DNA of 64,000 nt from Promethearchaeota archaeon (GTDB taxonomy: Archaea > Asgardarchaeota > Thorarchaeia > Thorarchaeales > Thorarchaeaceae), in contig WJMJ01000078.1 of assembly GCA_014728035.1 (NCBI GenBank), positions 145,036-209,035 on the forward strand. Direction: 5' to 3'. Numbering within the stretch: position 1 is the first letter of the stretch; every line of letters starts with the position of its first letter. A program made the translations under genes and the position numbers. The notes below the pieces were generated by a model. The model was not told the origin of the DNA. It did no database searches and saw only the letters and a program-made list of their open reading frames with translations. Below, piece by piece: positions 9,526 to 19,619 of this stretch.

Positions 9526-10704
9526 ATGTTAAATGAGCAAGGACTAAGTGAGGAGCAGGTTCTTTCCAGACTGAACAGCCTTCTAGAAAACGATGCGACA
9601 TATAGAAGTGGACATCCTGTTGCCTCGATGTCAACCATTCCTCACTCGATTGGTTCAGAAGTGTTCTACAAGACTATGGAAAAAAATGCAGGACGTCTTC
9701 ATACATTCAAAGGGTCTGCGCAAGTTGAATGTGAAGTCATTGCTATGATTGGGGAACTACTGAATTTAGAAAATCCAGTTGGTTCAACCACCTCAGGAGG
9801 TACTGAATCAAATATCTTAGCAATGCTCTGTGCGCGAGAATCAAATAAAAAAATACAGGAACCAGAGATAATTGCGCCTCGAACAGTTCACTCCTCTGTC
9901 GATAAAGCAGCGTGGCTGCTTGGAATTAAGCTGGTAAAAACACCGATAGATAAGGAATTCAAAGCTAAACCAAAAGCAATACAGAAAAAAATTAACGAGA
10001 ACACTATCGGTATTTTCACAACAGCTGGTACAACATACCTTGGACAAATAGACCCGATTGATAAGATTGGAAAAATCGCACAAGATAATAGATTACACCT
10101 TCACGTTGATGCGGCTTTTGGAGGTTTTGTAATACCATTTCTTAGGGATTTAGGTATTAGTCACCATCAATTTGCATTTGAAGTAGAGGGAGTGACAAGT
10201 GTTAGTTCAGATCCACATAAAATGGGACTTGCCCCAATCCCAGCTGGTAGTCTTATTTTTCGTTCGAAAAAATTTTTGAAAAAGATAACCAAGAAGATAC
10301 CATATCTTCAGGGTGCAAGTGCTACACAATCGACAATTCTGGGCACACGCCCAGCAGGAGCTATCCTCGCAACTTGGGCAGTTATGAAACGACTTGGAAA
10401 GGAAGGGTATAGGCAAATGGTTCTACAGTGTATTGAAAACACACAAATTGCGCTCAATAGACTTGAGGATAATCCACTATTGAAACCAGCTATTAAACCA
10501 GTAATGAATATCATTGGGATAAAAAGTAATGAATTACCACTAGAATACATAGTGGAAAATATGGAGAAAAGAGGTTGGCGAATGGCAACTTCGCCCAAAC
10601 CACATACTATGAGACTGGTATTAATGCCTCATGTGACTGTGGGAGCATTGAATGCATTTTTCAATGATCTAGATCAGGTGTCAACAACAATTCCAGCTGA
10701 CTAA
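9526..10704 (+). CDS. mfnA: PLP-dependent L-tyrosine/L-aspartate decarboxylase
   Basis: SGGTESN, AGTT..G.IDPI, HVDAAFGGF, DPHK (PLP lysine), GTRP, MPH. Confidence 0.92.
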   Translation: MLNEQGLSEEQVLSRLNSLLENDATYRSGHPVASMSTIPHSIGSEVFYKTMEKNAGRLHTFKGSAQVECEVIAMIGELLNLENPVGSTTSGGTESNILAMLCARESNKKIQEPEIIAPRTVHSSVDKAAWLLGIKLVKTPIDKEFKAKPKAIQKKINENTIGIFTTAGTTYLGQIDPIDKIGKIAQDNRLHLHVDAAFGGFVIPFLRDLGISHHQFAFEVEGVTSVSSDPHKMGLAPIPAGSLIFRSKKFLKKITKKIPYLQGASATQSTILGTRPAGAILATWAVMKRLGKEGYRQMVLQCIENTQIALNRLEDNPLLKPAIKPVMNIIGIKSNELPLEYIVENMEKRGWRMATSPKPHTMRLVLMPHVTVGALNAFFNDLDQVSTTIPAD

Positions 10705-11126
10705 GAGGAGGCACTTAGGTTTGAACGAAGGTCTTCTATTTCTTCTTCTAGATCAGATACTTTTTCAACCAAATCGAGCATCGTTTCTAACATGACAGAA
10801 ATAAGCCTTCCAAAGTTCACAGCATAGCCATCCTCACGGTCTATCAATTCAGCTTCTTCAAGTCTTCTTGCTGCGTTAGTAACAGACTGCTTGGATAGTT
10901 TCCTCTCACCTACCAGTTTATTCACCATTTTACGAACATCTTTTGGAGCAATTGGCTCCCCCTTCAGAGGTTCTAACAAGCTGTATAGTACATGAATTCC
11001 GGCACTCATTCGAGGGTTCTTTAGCTTTGCAAATGCAAGCTCCAATTCATCTTTCATATCTGTGGCATCCTTCCTCCAGACTTTGTGACAATAGACATTT
11101 GGTATATGAAAAACCTTCGTATCCAC
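10701..11126 (-). CDS. Winged-helix protein with C-terminal coiled coil (start probably MKDELE)
   Basis: LSKQSVTNAARRLEEAELI HTH-like segment, then heptad tail. Confidence 0.6.
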   Translation of the reverse strand: MDTKVFHIPNVYCHKVWRKDATDMKDELELAFAKLKNPRMSAGIHVLYSLLEPLKGEPIAPKDVRKMVNKLVGERKLSKQSVTNAARRLEEAELIDREDGYAVNFGRLISVMLETMLDLVEKVSDLEEEIEDLRSNLSASS

Positions 11127-11285
11127 AAAGAATGAGTGGATACACAGTTTTGCAATTGACTCAGACTAGATTGACACTGTACAAGAATAGCTTCTGCAAA
11201 CTGTGATAAGAAAGCCAGTGTTACTCGAAGAACAATCATTCAATAAAGATGAAAAGCACTTGTAGTTCTCAGATATTGAGTATCA

Positions 11286-11975
11286 ATGCCAATTCATGAC
11301 CTAAAACGAATCGTATTTGTCCCTGTTATTCATACCGATACCGAAAGTATCGAAAGAGCCAGACAGACTGTCAGAGATGTCAAACCTGATGTAGTAGCTG
11401 TAGAATTGGATAAAGAAAGGTATAACCAATTGATGAACCAAGACCTAGAAGAACATGACATGCCTACTGAAATGTTTGGAGACCCTACACAAAATATGAT
11501 GAATCAGATAGCTTTACTACTGAGAAGCTTTGGTCAGCAGACAGGAGCTGGTGTAGGTCAAGAGATGCTCGCAGCTATTGAGGAAGGACGCTCAATTGGT
11601 TCTAAGATTGCCCTTGTGGATAGACCAATCCAAGAAACGATTTATGCTGTTTCACAGGTTCCTTTGGATGAGATATACAAAATCACTTACTCTGTTCCAG
11701 ATGCTAATGAGGACCTCCAAAACATGGGAGCTCAAGGGTTTCTATCTATGCTAAAAGATAAAGAAACTGTAGATGAGTTGCTCATAGAATTCAGAAAAGA
11801 ACTTCCAAAGCTGGCAGAAGCTCTTATAGATCAAAGAGATGAATACGTAGCTACTGCACTTCATACAATTCTCAATGATGTAGAGGGGAAAATAGTGGCA
11901 GTGCTTGGAGCAGGCCATATTGAAGGCGTGAAGCGAGCACTGCGTAAAAAACTCAGTTCTGATGCCGCAGCTTAG
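11286..11975 (+). CDS. TraB/PrgY (TIKI) family protein
   Basis: PDVVAVELD..R, GQEM, LVDRPI, LIDQRD, VAVLGAGH. Confidence 0.9.
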   Translation: MPIHDLKRIVFVPVIHTDTESIERARQTVRDVKPDVVAVELDKERYNQLMNQDLEEHDMPTEMFGDPTQNMMNQIALLLRSFGQQTGAGVGQEMLAAIEEGRSIGSKIALVDRPIQETIYAVSQVPLDEIYKITYSVPDANEDLQNMGAQGFLSMLKDKETVDELLIEFRKELPKLAEALIDQRDEYVATALHTILNDVEGKIVAVLGAGHIEGVKRALRKKLSSDAAA

Positions 11976-12622
11976 AGACCCAGAGCTTCTAACAGCTTAT
12001 CAATGCCTTCGCCCGTTTTTGAACTGACACTAAAGACTGGAATAGTCGCATCAACTTCACGAACATCTTCAATTAATGAGGCAATATCAAACCCAATTGC
12101 TTCAGCAAGGTCTACCTTATTGATAACAACCATATCACTTCGCTTTATTGTCAATGGATGTTTCTTCACCATATATGGACCCTCAGTTACGCTGACTACA
12201 ACTATCTTTTTATCAACACCCAAACTGTAACCAGCTGGACAGATTAGGTTTCCAACGTTTTCAATAAACACTACTTGATATTTTGTAAGGTCTACTTCAT
12301 CAAGTGCAACACGAATCATTCGTGCATCCAAATGGCAAGCTGTACCAGTATTGATTTGAACCGTATCAACACCATGAGATGCAACACGATCAGCATCAAT
12401 AGTCGTAGCAAGGTCTCCAGCAAACATCAAAATCTTGTATTTCTGTGATATTTTCTCACAGAGAGCCTCAATCAACTGCGTTTTGCCAGTTCCAACAGAT
12501 CCCATTATATCAATTGCAATAATTCCATGTTTTTTGAATAAAGCAGCATTGAATGAAGCGGCATCTTCATTCGCTCCAAACAAATCTTTTCGGATATCAA
12601 TGGATAAGGTCTTATCTGTCAT
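11972..12622 (-). CDS. hypB: Hydrogenase nickel incorporation GTPase HypB
   Basis: GSVGTGKT, TGTACHLDA, ENVGNLICPA, SVTEG, NKVDL; start set at MTDKTL. Confidence 0.93.
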   Translation of the reverse strand: MTDKTLSIDIRKDLFGANEDAASFNAALFKKHGIIAIDIMGSVGTGKTQLIEALCEKISQKYKILMFAGDLATTIDADRVASHGVDTVQINTGTACHLDARMIRVALDEVDLTKYQVVFIENVGNLICPAGYSLGVDKKIVVVSVTEGPYMVKKHPLTIKRSDMVVINKVDLAEAIGFDIASLIEDVREVDATIPVFSVSSKTGEGIDKLLEALGL

Positions 12623-13187
12623 CTTCTGATGCCTCAAGTAGTAGTTCTGATTCCTGCATATTAGGATAGAGATAGTGGCCTAAGATGGGACGAATTATTT
12701 TTCGTTCTAGTACAACTGCAATAACTGCCCAGAAAAGTGCCTGTATCATGTCCATTAGAGCATAAAGGAAGGTAGTTTCAAAAGGAACTCCAACACCAGC
12801 AAACAGGGTCATGCTTGGTATAAATCCGCCAATAAGTCCACCACCTAAAATTGCAAGTAGGGCATATTTCAATCCATCTCGATTCTTTGTTATGTGAACG
12901 GCATAACCAGTTCCAAATCCGAGAGCCATATTACCAATAAGCGGAAGAAGAGGAATCTCTCCTCCAGCTATAGCTCCGCCTATTCCCACAATTGCTCCAA
13001 CGAGAAGTCCTCCAGGAATTCCTCCGACAACGCCACCAAGTTCAGAAAAGAGAAAACCAGGTGTCAGCTCTAGAAGACCAGGAATTATTGGAATTCTAAT
13101 AAATAATCTAACTACAATACCAAGGGCACCTAGAAATGCCAAAGTGACAATTCCAGATGTATTCTTTTCTAAAGGATATATACTCAT
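12612..13187 (-). CDS. ECF-type S-component-like membrane protein
   Basis: About 6 TM helices, IRIPIIPG, Gly-rich GG.PGG.LVG motif. Confidence 0.7.
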   Translation of the reverse strand: MSIYPLEKNTSGIVTLAFLGALGIVVRLFIRIPIIPGLLELTPGFLFSELGGVVGGIPGGLLVGAIVGIGGAIAGGEIPLLPLIGNMALGFGTGYAVHITKNRDGLKYALLAILGGGLIGGFIPSMTLFAGVGVPFETTFLYALMDMIQALFWAVIAVVLERKIIRPILGHYLYPNMQESELLLEASEDDR

Positions 13188-13197
13188 TTTGTTTTCC

Positions 13198-13587
13198 TCA
13201 AGCAGTCGAGTATTCTTGTGACTGCTCCGGCCAGTTATTCAACAAGAAGTCTCTGGTCTTCTCGTAGAATTCTTTCAGTTTTCTAAGAATCTCGTCTCGA
13301 ACCTCTTCGCTTGAGATTGCATGATACACATAGTATCTACCACCACGATCAAAGAATTTTGCTTCCCTCTTGACAAGATTCTTCTTTTTCAATCTTACAA
13401 TGAATCGTTGTACTGTGCTACGATCCTTGCCAATAAGGTCTGCAATAGCTTCAACAGTTTTAGGACCAGATAACAGAGCAAAGTATGCATCTAATTCTGT
13501 ACTTTTCAAATCATATGCACAACATAACAAATCAGAGGGCCTCTCGAATCGTTTCTCAAAAAGTCCCGATAGAGGGTCACGAGTCAT
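13198..13587 (-). CDS. TrmB/MarR-like wHTH transcriptional regulator
   Basis: LLCCAYDL, TVEAIADLIGKDRSTVQR, GGRYYVY. Confidence 0.85.
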   Translation of the reverse strand: MTRDPLSGLFEKRFERPSDLLCCAYDLKSTELDAYFALLSGPKTVEAIADLIGKDRSTVQRFIVRLKKKNLVKREAKFFDRGGRYYVYHAISSEEVRDEILRKLKEFYEKTRDFLLNNWPEQSQEYSTA

Positions 13588-13699
13588 AGTTCATCACAGA
13601 TATTTTCGCCCCATACAAATTAAGGATTGTGCAAGTGACATGCACATTCCATAACATAATACAGCCCTTCAAAAGCCAAGAATGCATTCAATGAAATAG

Positions 13700-14161
13700 G
13701 TGCTACAAATGAACTTCGATGCATTTAGAGATGGACATGGTACAACCCCTTGGGAAAATCCAGAACGTGGAGGTAGGCATCTTCAGTCCATTAATATCGC
13801 ACCACTAAAAGGCGTTCTAGAGTCAGACCCGGTGAGATCAAAATTGCTGCGACTCCTAATAGATGATGGAGGATGGGTCACCACTACAGACCTTCTAAAA
13901 GCTGGTAGACAGGTGAGGTCAATCATGGGAGCAGTTACAGTCGGAACCATATTAACTGGTCTGAACGAACTAGTATCGTCACGACTTATTCTTAGTAGAA
14001 CTTCTATGAATTCAGGGATAGACTGGGCAGAATGGAGAATCAATCCGGACTGGTTAGAACCAACTAGAAAATTAGTTCAAATGTTGAGTAGACCAAGAAT
14101 ACATACATCTGAGGCGGTCATTCACGAGAAAATACAACGCCGCTTATCAGATATGGAGTAA
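13700..14161 (+). CDS. Hypothetical protein, possible winged helix
   Basis: 153-aa ORF; SDPVRSKLLRLL...EWRIN is wHTH-like. Confidence 0.55.
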   Translation: MLQMNFDAFRDGHGTTPWENPERGGRHLQSINIAPLKGVLESDPVRSKLLRLLIDDGGWVTTTDLLKAGRQVRSIMGAVTVGTILTGLNELVSSRLILSRTSMNSGIDWAEWRINPDWLEPTRKLVQMLSRPRIHTSEAVIHEKIQRRLSDME

Positions 14162-14242
14162 AAATATACTCAGTTATGAGTAATGTACTTGCATTGAGTA
14201 ACATTCATAAGGAGCTTGATAACCACTATATCATGTTCTTGA

Positions 14243-14899
14243 ATGACAGTCTGGAGAAAAATTGGAATGAATGAAACAGTTCAGAAAATTGAAACGGACA
14301 ATGACTCTGAAGACCAGATGGAATGGTTCGACAGCGTAAAACCAGGTATCGACAGCAAGAAAGTAGCAATTGCGGGGGTTTTTGCAGCGCTATCAATTGC
14401 ATTTTCATTCATTGCTGAATATCTTCCACGACATCCTGGATGGGGAATCGCATATTTTGATCCGGTATCAATAATCTGGATTGTTTCATTTTTAATAGGA
14501 GGATTTTGGATTGGTTCGACTACAGCTATCGCTGGTACCCTAGGGCTCTTCATATTTGATCCAACAGGTATTGGCCCAGTTTTCAAGTTTGCAGCAACCT
14601 ATCCAATGATTCTTGTTCCATATCTTGGACTACTCGTTATAAAACAAGCAGATGACGGTTCTAATCTCTCGCATTTAGGGAAGCTATCGGTTTTGATGTT
14701 CTTTGGATTGCTACTTAGACTGGCATTTATGATTCCAATGAACCTTCAAATTGTACCCTTATTTGTACCAGACCTAACTCCAGAGTATATTATTATTACA
14801 GTTATACTGCTTAACATTCTCCAGAGTGTTTGGGATACAATATTCCCATACCTAATAGTACACAAAACGGGTGTATTTGAGAATTACAGAATGTGGTGA
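14243..14899 (+). CDS. ECF transporter S component (RibU-like); true start probably further downstream
   Basis: KKVAIAGVFAALS, YFDP, multiple TM helices. Confidence 0.75.
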   Translation: MTVWRKIGMNETVQKIETDNDSEDQMEWFDSVKPGIDSKKVAIAGVFAALSIAFSFIAEYLPRHPGWGIAYFDPVSIIWIVSFLIGGFWIGSTTAIAGTLGLFIFDPTGIGPVFKFAATYPMILVPYLGLLVIKQADDGSNLSHLGKLSVLMFFGLLLRLAFMIPMNLQIVPLFVPDLTPEYIIITVILLNILQSVWDTIFPYLIVHKTGVFENYRMW

Positions 14900-15028
14900 A
14901 ATCTAAGCCCTACTAACTGGTCGCGTGGTTTAGGAGGGACCTTTTCATCACAAACCGTTGTAGCCCAGTAATCTCTATATGTTATCAGAGGATAACAGAT
15001 ATAGATAAACTTGTGAAGGGAACAAACA

Positions 15029-15853
15029 TTGAGAAGATGCGAGTTCTGTGACTCCCCAGTAGCTGCCGATGCTGTGGTTTGTCCAGTCTGTAAAGAAGAA
15101 ATTGCAGAAGAAACACTGGAAAGACTTCTGCCATTGTTGAAAAGACCGGATGAACCAGAAGTTCAGAGGATTGGGATTATCCAACGGATGTGGGGAACGA
15201 TCAGACGACCTGCACCAACATATAGAGATATTGGTCAACGTCCTGACAGTGCAGGGCCATTTTTCATAGTCATGATCAATGCGTTGATAATGGGAGTTCT
15301 TATGTTACTGATGACTTCCAGATTTACGACAACTGTACAATTATTCGACCCGATTGCCAATGCAACGGTCCCCACTCAAGTTAGCGTGCTTACTGGGCCA
15401 CAAGCCATATCATTCTGGATGGTAGGACTAGGAACCATGGTACCCAATATTCTGATAGGAATGATCTTCTTGATTGTTGGAAGTGCTTTTGCACACATCG
15501 CAATCAAGATTCTTGGAGGAAGTGGAAAGCGCGGGCAAACGATATCGATTGTCGGGTATAGCATGATGCCTGTTCTGCTTGTGCGTCTTATTGCAATTCT
15601 GCTTATTTTTACTACAGTGCCAACAATTGCAATAGGCACAGCTGAAACAAATGCCGCCACCGTGATAACACAAATATACAATTCATCAGTTTGGACAACG
15701 ATTGATTATTTGACGACAGGAGCATTTCTGTGGACGGGATTCCTACTCATATTTGGAATTAGAGAGGCACATAATACATCCACCCAATGGGCTGCAGTAA
15801 TATCTATAGCATGTATTATTGTTCTTATTTGGACTTTCTGGCAAATGCATTAA
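15029..15853 (+). CDS. Yip1-domain membrane protein with N-terminal zinc ribbon
   Basis: CEFC...CPVC; RP..TYRDI; AHIAIKILGG, VGYSMMP, GIREAH. Confidence 0.85.
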   Translation: MRRCEFCDSPVAADAVVCPVCKEEIAEETLERLLPLLKRPDEPEVQRIGIIQRMWGTIRRPAPTYRDIGQRPDSAGPFFIVMINALIMGVLMLLMTSRFTTTVQLFDPIANATVPTQVSVLTGPQAISFWMVGLGTMVPNILIGMIFLIVGSAFAHIAIKILGGSGKRGQTISIVGYSMMPVLLVRLIAILLIFTTVPTIAIGTAETNAATVITQIYNSSVWTTIDYLTTGAFLWTGFLLIFGIREAHNTSTQWAAVISIACIIVLIWTFWQMH

Positions 15854-15856
15854 CGA

Positions 15857-16780
15857 TTAGAATACTACTCCGTATAGTGGGATAATCACAAATGCAATTA
15901 GACCGATAAGAGCTCCAATCTTATCTAGAGTGCTACCAATCAAGAGTTTCTTCTTTTCACTGGGTCCCATTAACGGTGCTATAGCTGCTCCCAGAACAAC
16001 ACCATCACCTAATAACAACAAAAGCCACAGATCCCAGCTTGCAAAGCCAAGTAACCAAATCAATGAATAACAAATTACCCCAACAAGGTTCAATACAGCT
16101 TGTACTCCTGCAGCTGCGCGATAGCCATAAACTCGTGCAATAGTTCTGACATCTCGTAATGCATCACCTTCCACATCTTCAGAGCCCTTAATGGTTTCCC
16201 GGGCTTGTAATATCATGAAAGCAGTCAGAAAGAATAACCAAGAGGGAACAGGAATTACCCAGACTCCAACTTGTTCAGCATAGATAATAGAACCGTAAAT
16301 AACACCAAATGCAAAAGAAAATGCAACCATGAAATTACCAGCTAATCCTAGCTCCTTCACTTTTGCTGCATAAGCATATCCTACTACTAAAAATACAATA
16401 ACAATGATTGCACCAATAATTCCGTTCAACCATGCAAAAAACACACCGAGCAAACTCAGAATGATAACATATATCCAAGCTTGGGTAACGCTTATTCTAC
16501 CGCTTGGAAGTGCCCTATGCGGTCTATTTATCTTATCAATTTCTATGTCAAAGATGTCGTTAACAACATTCCCACCAGCGGCTACAAAGAAATATGTGAT
16601 ATATCCATACAAAAAGACAAGCCAATTTGCACCTAATGAGCTCCATACGTTTGTCACTTGATGAGCAATTGCAATTCCAGCAAGAACCGTGAGACCTCCA
16701 ATGATACAATTTTGAGGCCTAATAATAGATAAGAACGCTTTTGGATCAGTCTTTCTCTTCTGTTCTGTTGTATCAGACAT
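15857..16780 (-). CDS. UbiA-family prenyltransferase, probable digeranylgeranylglyceryl phosphate synthase
   Basis: IIRPQN, NDIFDIEIDKINRP.R.LPSG, ARETIKGSEDVEGD. Confidence 0.9.
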   Translation of the reverse strand: MSDTTEQKRKTDPKAFLSIIRPQNCIIGGLTVLAGIAIAHQVTNVWSSLGANWLVFLYGYITYFFVAAGGNVVNDIFDIEIDKINRPHRALPSGRISVTQAWIYVIILSLLGVFFAWLNGIIGAIIVIVFLVVGYAYAAKVKELGLAGNFMVAFSFAFGVIYGSIIYAEQVGVWVIPVPSWLFFLTAFMILQARETIKGSEDVEGDALRDVRTIARVYGYRAAAGVQAVLNLVGVICYSLIWLLGFASWDLWLLLLLGDGVVLGAAIAPLMGPSEKKKLLIGSTLDKIGALIGLIAFVIIPLYGVVF

Positions 16781-16876
16781 CTAGCTCTCCTCTACACAAA
16801 GGGGGAAATTCTGATAGATAAAAGACTTTTTGAAAACCACTCAAAAAAGAAAAATCGCAACCCAATAACTCATATT

Positions 16877-17416
16877 GTGGATAAGGATTCTAAACATGTG
16901 GGGAAAATGAATTTCGAAGACCTAAGTAAAGAAGAATTACTGAAAATTGTTGATGCCTATGCAAAAGCATGGCAAGCAATGGACGGAGCATATTTTCTAG
17001 CTCTTGAGAAGAAATATGGTATGGATGTAGCCATCGAGATGGATAAGGAGGCTTGGCGAATCTTCTCGCCAATAGAAGCAAAGCGAATTATGCGAGAATT
17101 TGATGTGGCACAAAATGGAGGTCTCGAAGCATTAGAGAAAGCCCTTGGATATCGAGTATACGCACGACTAAATACTCAGTCATGCACCAGAAAAGATGAC
17201 AAGACATTGGTTTTCAAAATGCATGAATGTCGAGTTCAAGTTGCTCGGAATAGAAAAGGATTACCTGATTTCCCTTGCAAACAAGTAGGAGAAATCGAAT
17301 ACGAAGAGTTCGCAAAGACTATTGACCCAAGAATCAAAACACGTTGTATATCATGCCCACCGGACCCCCATCCAGAGGATTATTATTGTGCATGGGAGTT
17401 CACCTTGGAGGAATGA
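16877..17416 (+). CDS. DUF6125-like protein (V4R/ATC-hydrolase-like fold)
   Basis: WQAMDG.YF, CRVQ.AR.RKG..DFPCK, CPPDPHP..YCAWEF. Confidence 0.8.
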   Translation: MDKDSKHVGKMNFEDLSKEELLKIVDAYAKAWQAMDGAYFLALEKKYGMDVAIEMDKEAWRIFSPIEAKRIMREFDVAQNGGLEALEKALGYRVYARLNTQSCTRKDDKTLVFKMHECRVQVARNRKGLPDFPCKQVGEIEYEEFAKTIDPRIKTRCISCPPDPHPEDYYCAWEFTLEE

Positions 17417-17420
17417 TGTC

Positions 17421-18266
17421 CTGGCAGATTTGAAATTTGGGCCAGCGGGATATCCAGCAGAAGCGAAGAATAGCGTCAAACGAGTGTTCCAGATATTATC
17501 TGATGTGGAATTAGATGCACTTGAATATGCAGCAGTATACGGTCTACGAATGGGAGAAAAGAAGGCAATCTCAATTGGAAAAGCAGCTAAATCTGCCAAC
17601 ATAACTATGAGTATGCATGCTCCTTACTATATTAGTCTGGCATCAAAGAAAGACGATGTTAGAGAACGATCTCGAAATAGGCTCATCAAAGCCTTGAAAT
17701 TTGCACCACTTATGGGAGTGAAAAGGATTGTATTCCATGCAGGAGGATACAGTGGAAGAGACCCCAATGAAGCTTATCAACTGATACTTGATAGTTTGCA
17801 GGAAGTGTGGTCAACAGCCGGACACCATGGAAACGGAGCTCTTCTGGCTCCAGAGATTGCAGGAAAGCTCAAAGCATTTGGTTCGGTTGATGAAATAATC
17901 AGAATTTGTGAGAATGTAGAAGGTTGCATTCCTACAATTGATTGGGCACATATGTATGCTAGAAGGCAAGGGGGAATTGCAACGAAAAAGGACTATCTTG
18001 ATATCTTGGAAGTGTTTGAAGGTAGGCTGGGAGAAAAATTCACAAAGAACATGCACTTCCATGTAAGTGGGATAATTTTCACCAAAGCAGGTGAGAAGGC
18101 CCATCGCCCTTTGGATGGCAAATGGGGACCGGACATCCTTCCGCTTGTAGAGGTTATTAGAGAAGTTGGCTACAAGCCCACATTCATATCTGAAACACCA
18201 GATTCTCTAAAAGGCGCTCTGTATACCAAGTATCTATTCGAAGAATTGGAGAAAGCACAACAATGA
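17421..18266 (+). CDS. nfo: Endonuclease IV-like TIM barrel (AP endonuclease family 2); start uncertain
   Basis: FGPAG, HAPYYISL, VFHAG, APEIAGK, IDWAH..AR, HFHVSGI...GEK.H, ISETP. Confidence 0.85.
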   Translation: MADLKFGPAGYPAEAKNSVKRVFQILSDVELDALEYAAVYGLRMGEKKAISIGKAAKSANITMSMHAPYYISLASKKDDVRERSRNRLIKALKFAPLMGVKRIVFHAGGYSGRDPNEAYQLILDSLQEVWSTAGHHGNGALLAPEIAGKLKAFGSVDEIIRICENVEGCIPTIDWAHMYARRQGGIATKKDYLDILEVFEGRLGEKFTKNMHFHVSGIIFTKAGEKAHRPLDGKWGPDILPLVEVIREVGYKPTFISETPDSLKGALYTKYLFEELEKAQQ

Positions 18267-19606
18267 CCGATTACGCATTCATTTTAGGAAAAAATTGGCT
18301 CTTATCATTAGCGGAACTCATATTATATTTGCAAGATCGTGATTTGATTGTTAAAGTCAGAGACCACTCCAGAAATGTCGCTATAATAGAAATGAATCAA
18401 CGACTCGACTTGGAACAGATTGTTGAGATTCAAAGTGCCCTTGGTGGGTGTTTCAAACTTGGCGAAGTAATTACGACATATGAAAAAGACCTCGTGACGG
18501 ATGCGTTCCCAAGGAAAGGAAAGCCAGATAAATCCGCCAGAAAAACGATGCAGCGATGTGATTGGACTGAGAAAATCTGGAAGAATAGACGATATAACAA
18601 AGTCAAATTTGGTGTAAGTACATATCCTATGATTGATAGAAAACCAGATGTGGATCTTAGAAAATTCACCTATGGATTAAATCAATGGATTAAGAACAAA
18701 CTCTTGGCAGATGGAATTCGAAAGGCTTCCTTTTTCATCTATGACGAACCAGACAGAAGGGATAAAAGAAGAGCTAGTGTCGCTCTTTGGCCTCACACAA
18801 TTGCAAGACATGGATTGCTGGTTCCACCAAATGCTGAGATTCTAGCAACCTTTACTGATTCTAAGTTGTATCTTTCAAAGACTGTTGTAGTTTATGATTC
18901 ACAATTGCAGAAATACAGAGATGAATCGAGACCTTATGTTTCAGCTGAAATAAGTACAAGTCCAAAAATATGTAGAACTCTACTAAATTTTGCAGGAGCT
19001 CGACCAGGTGAAACAGTTCTAGACCCATTCTGTGGAACAGGAACTTTGCTCATGGAGGCGATCATGCTTGGAATTAGAGCAATCGGAATTGATGTGGACC
19101 CGGATGTTTTACAGGGTGCCCACCAGAATATAATGTGGCTAAGTAGAGACCTTGGTGAACATGTAGATTTTGAACTAATTAGAGGAGATTCTCGTCAGGT
19201 TGTGGATATTCTCCATGAACCTGTAGATTCAGTTGCTTTTGAACCCCACTTGGGCCCGGTTCTAGAAGAGAAACCAGATGCCAAAACAGCAGACGAGATA
19301 ATAGAAGACCTTACTGAATTATACAACACTGTACTTAGAGGTCTCTCAGAAGTGCTAAAACCAAGAGGAAGGGTGGGAATGACCTTACCGCTAATTAAAA
19401 GCACCAAGGACATCCATTCAATCGATATATCCCGGATACTACTGGGAACTGACTTTGAAATCGGTTTGTTATTGCCAGATTCAATGTTAGATAAATCACT
19501 AGCCAGAGATAGCCGAATAGTAATCAATCCGAATCGTGATCGGCTTCCTGAAAGGAAGATGGGACAATTGGTTCAACGCGAATTGATCATGCTTATCAAA
19601 GTATAA
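18263..19606 (+). CDS. SAM-dependent RNA methyltransferase, Trm11/TrmG10-like
   Basis: FILGKN..LSLAE, SPKICR, VLDPFCGTGT, FEPHLG. Confidence 0.8.
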   Translation: MTDYAFILGKNWLLSLAELILYLQDRDLIVKVRDHSRNVAIIEMNQRLDLEQIVEIQSALGGCFKLGEVITTYEKDLVTDAFPRKGKPDKSARKTMQRCDWTEKIWKNRRYNKVKFGVSTYPMIDRKPDVDLRKFTYGLNQWIKNKLLADGIRKASFFIYDEPDRRDKRRASVALWPHTIARHGLLVPPNAEILATFTDSKLYLSKTVVVYDSQLQKYRDESRPYVSAEISTSPKICRTLLNFAGARPGETVLDPFCGTGTLLMEAIMLGIRAIGIDVDPDVLQGAHQNIMWLSRDLGEHVDFELIRGDSRQVVDILHEPVDSVAFEPHLGPVLEEKPDAKTADEIIEDLTELYNTVLRGLSEVLKPRGRVGMTLPLIKSTKDIHSIDISRILLGTDFEIGLLLPDSMLDKSLARDSRIVINPNRDRLPERKMGQLVQRELIMLIKV

Positions 19607-19619
19607 TATCGCAAGAGAT

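Noticed and set aside
17322-17420. N-terminal extension of endonuclease IV
   Set aside because: It overlaps the upstream gene, and family similarity only begins at LKFGPAG.
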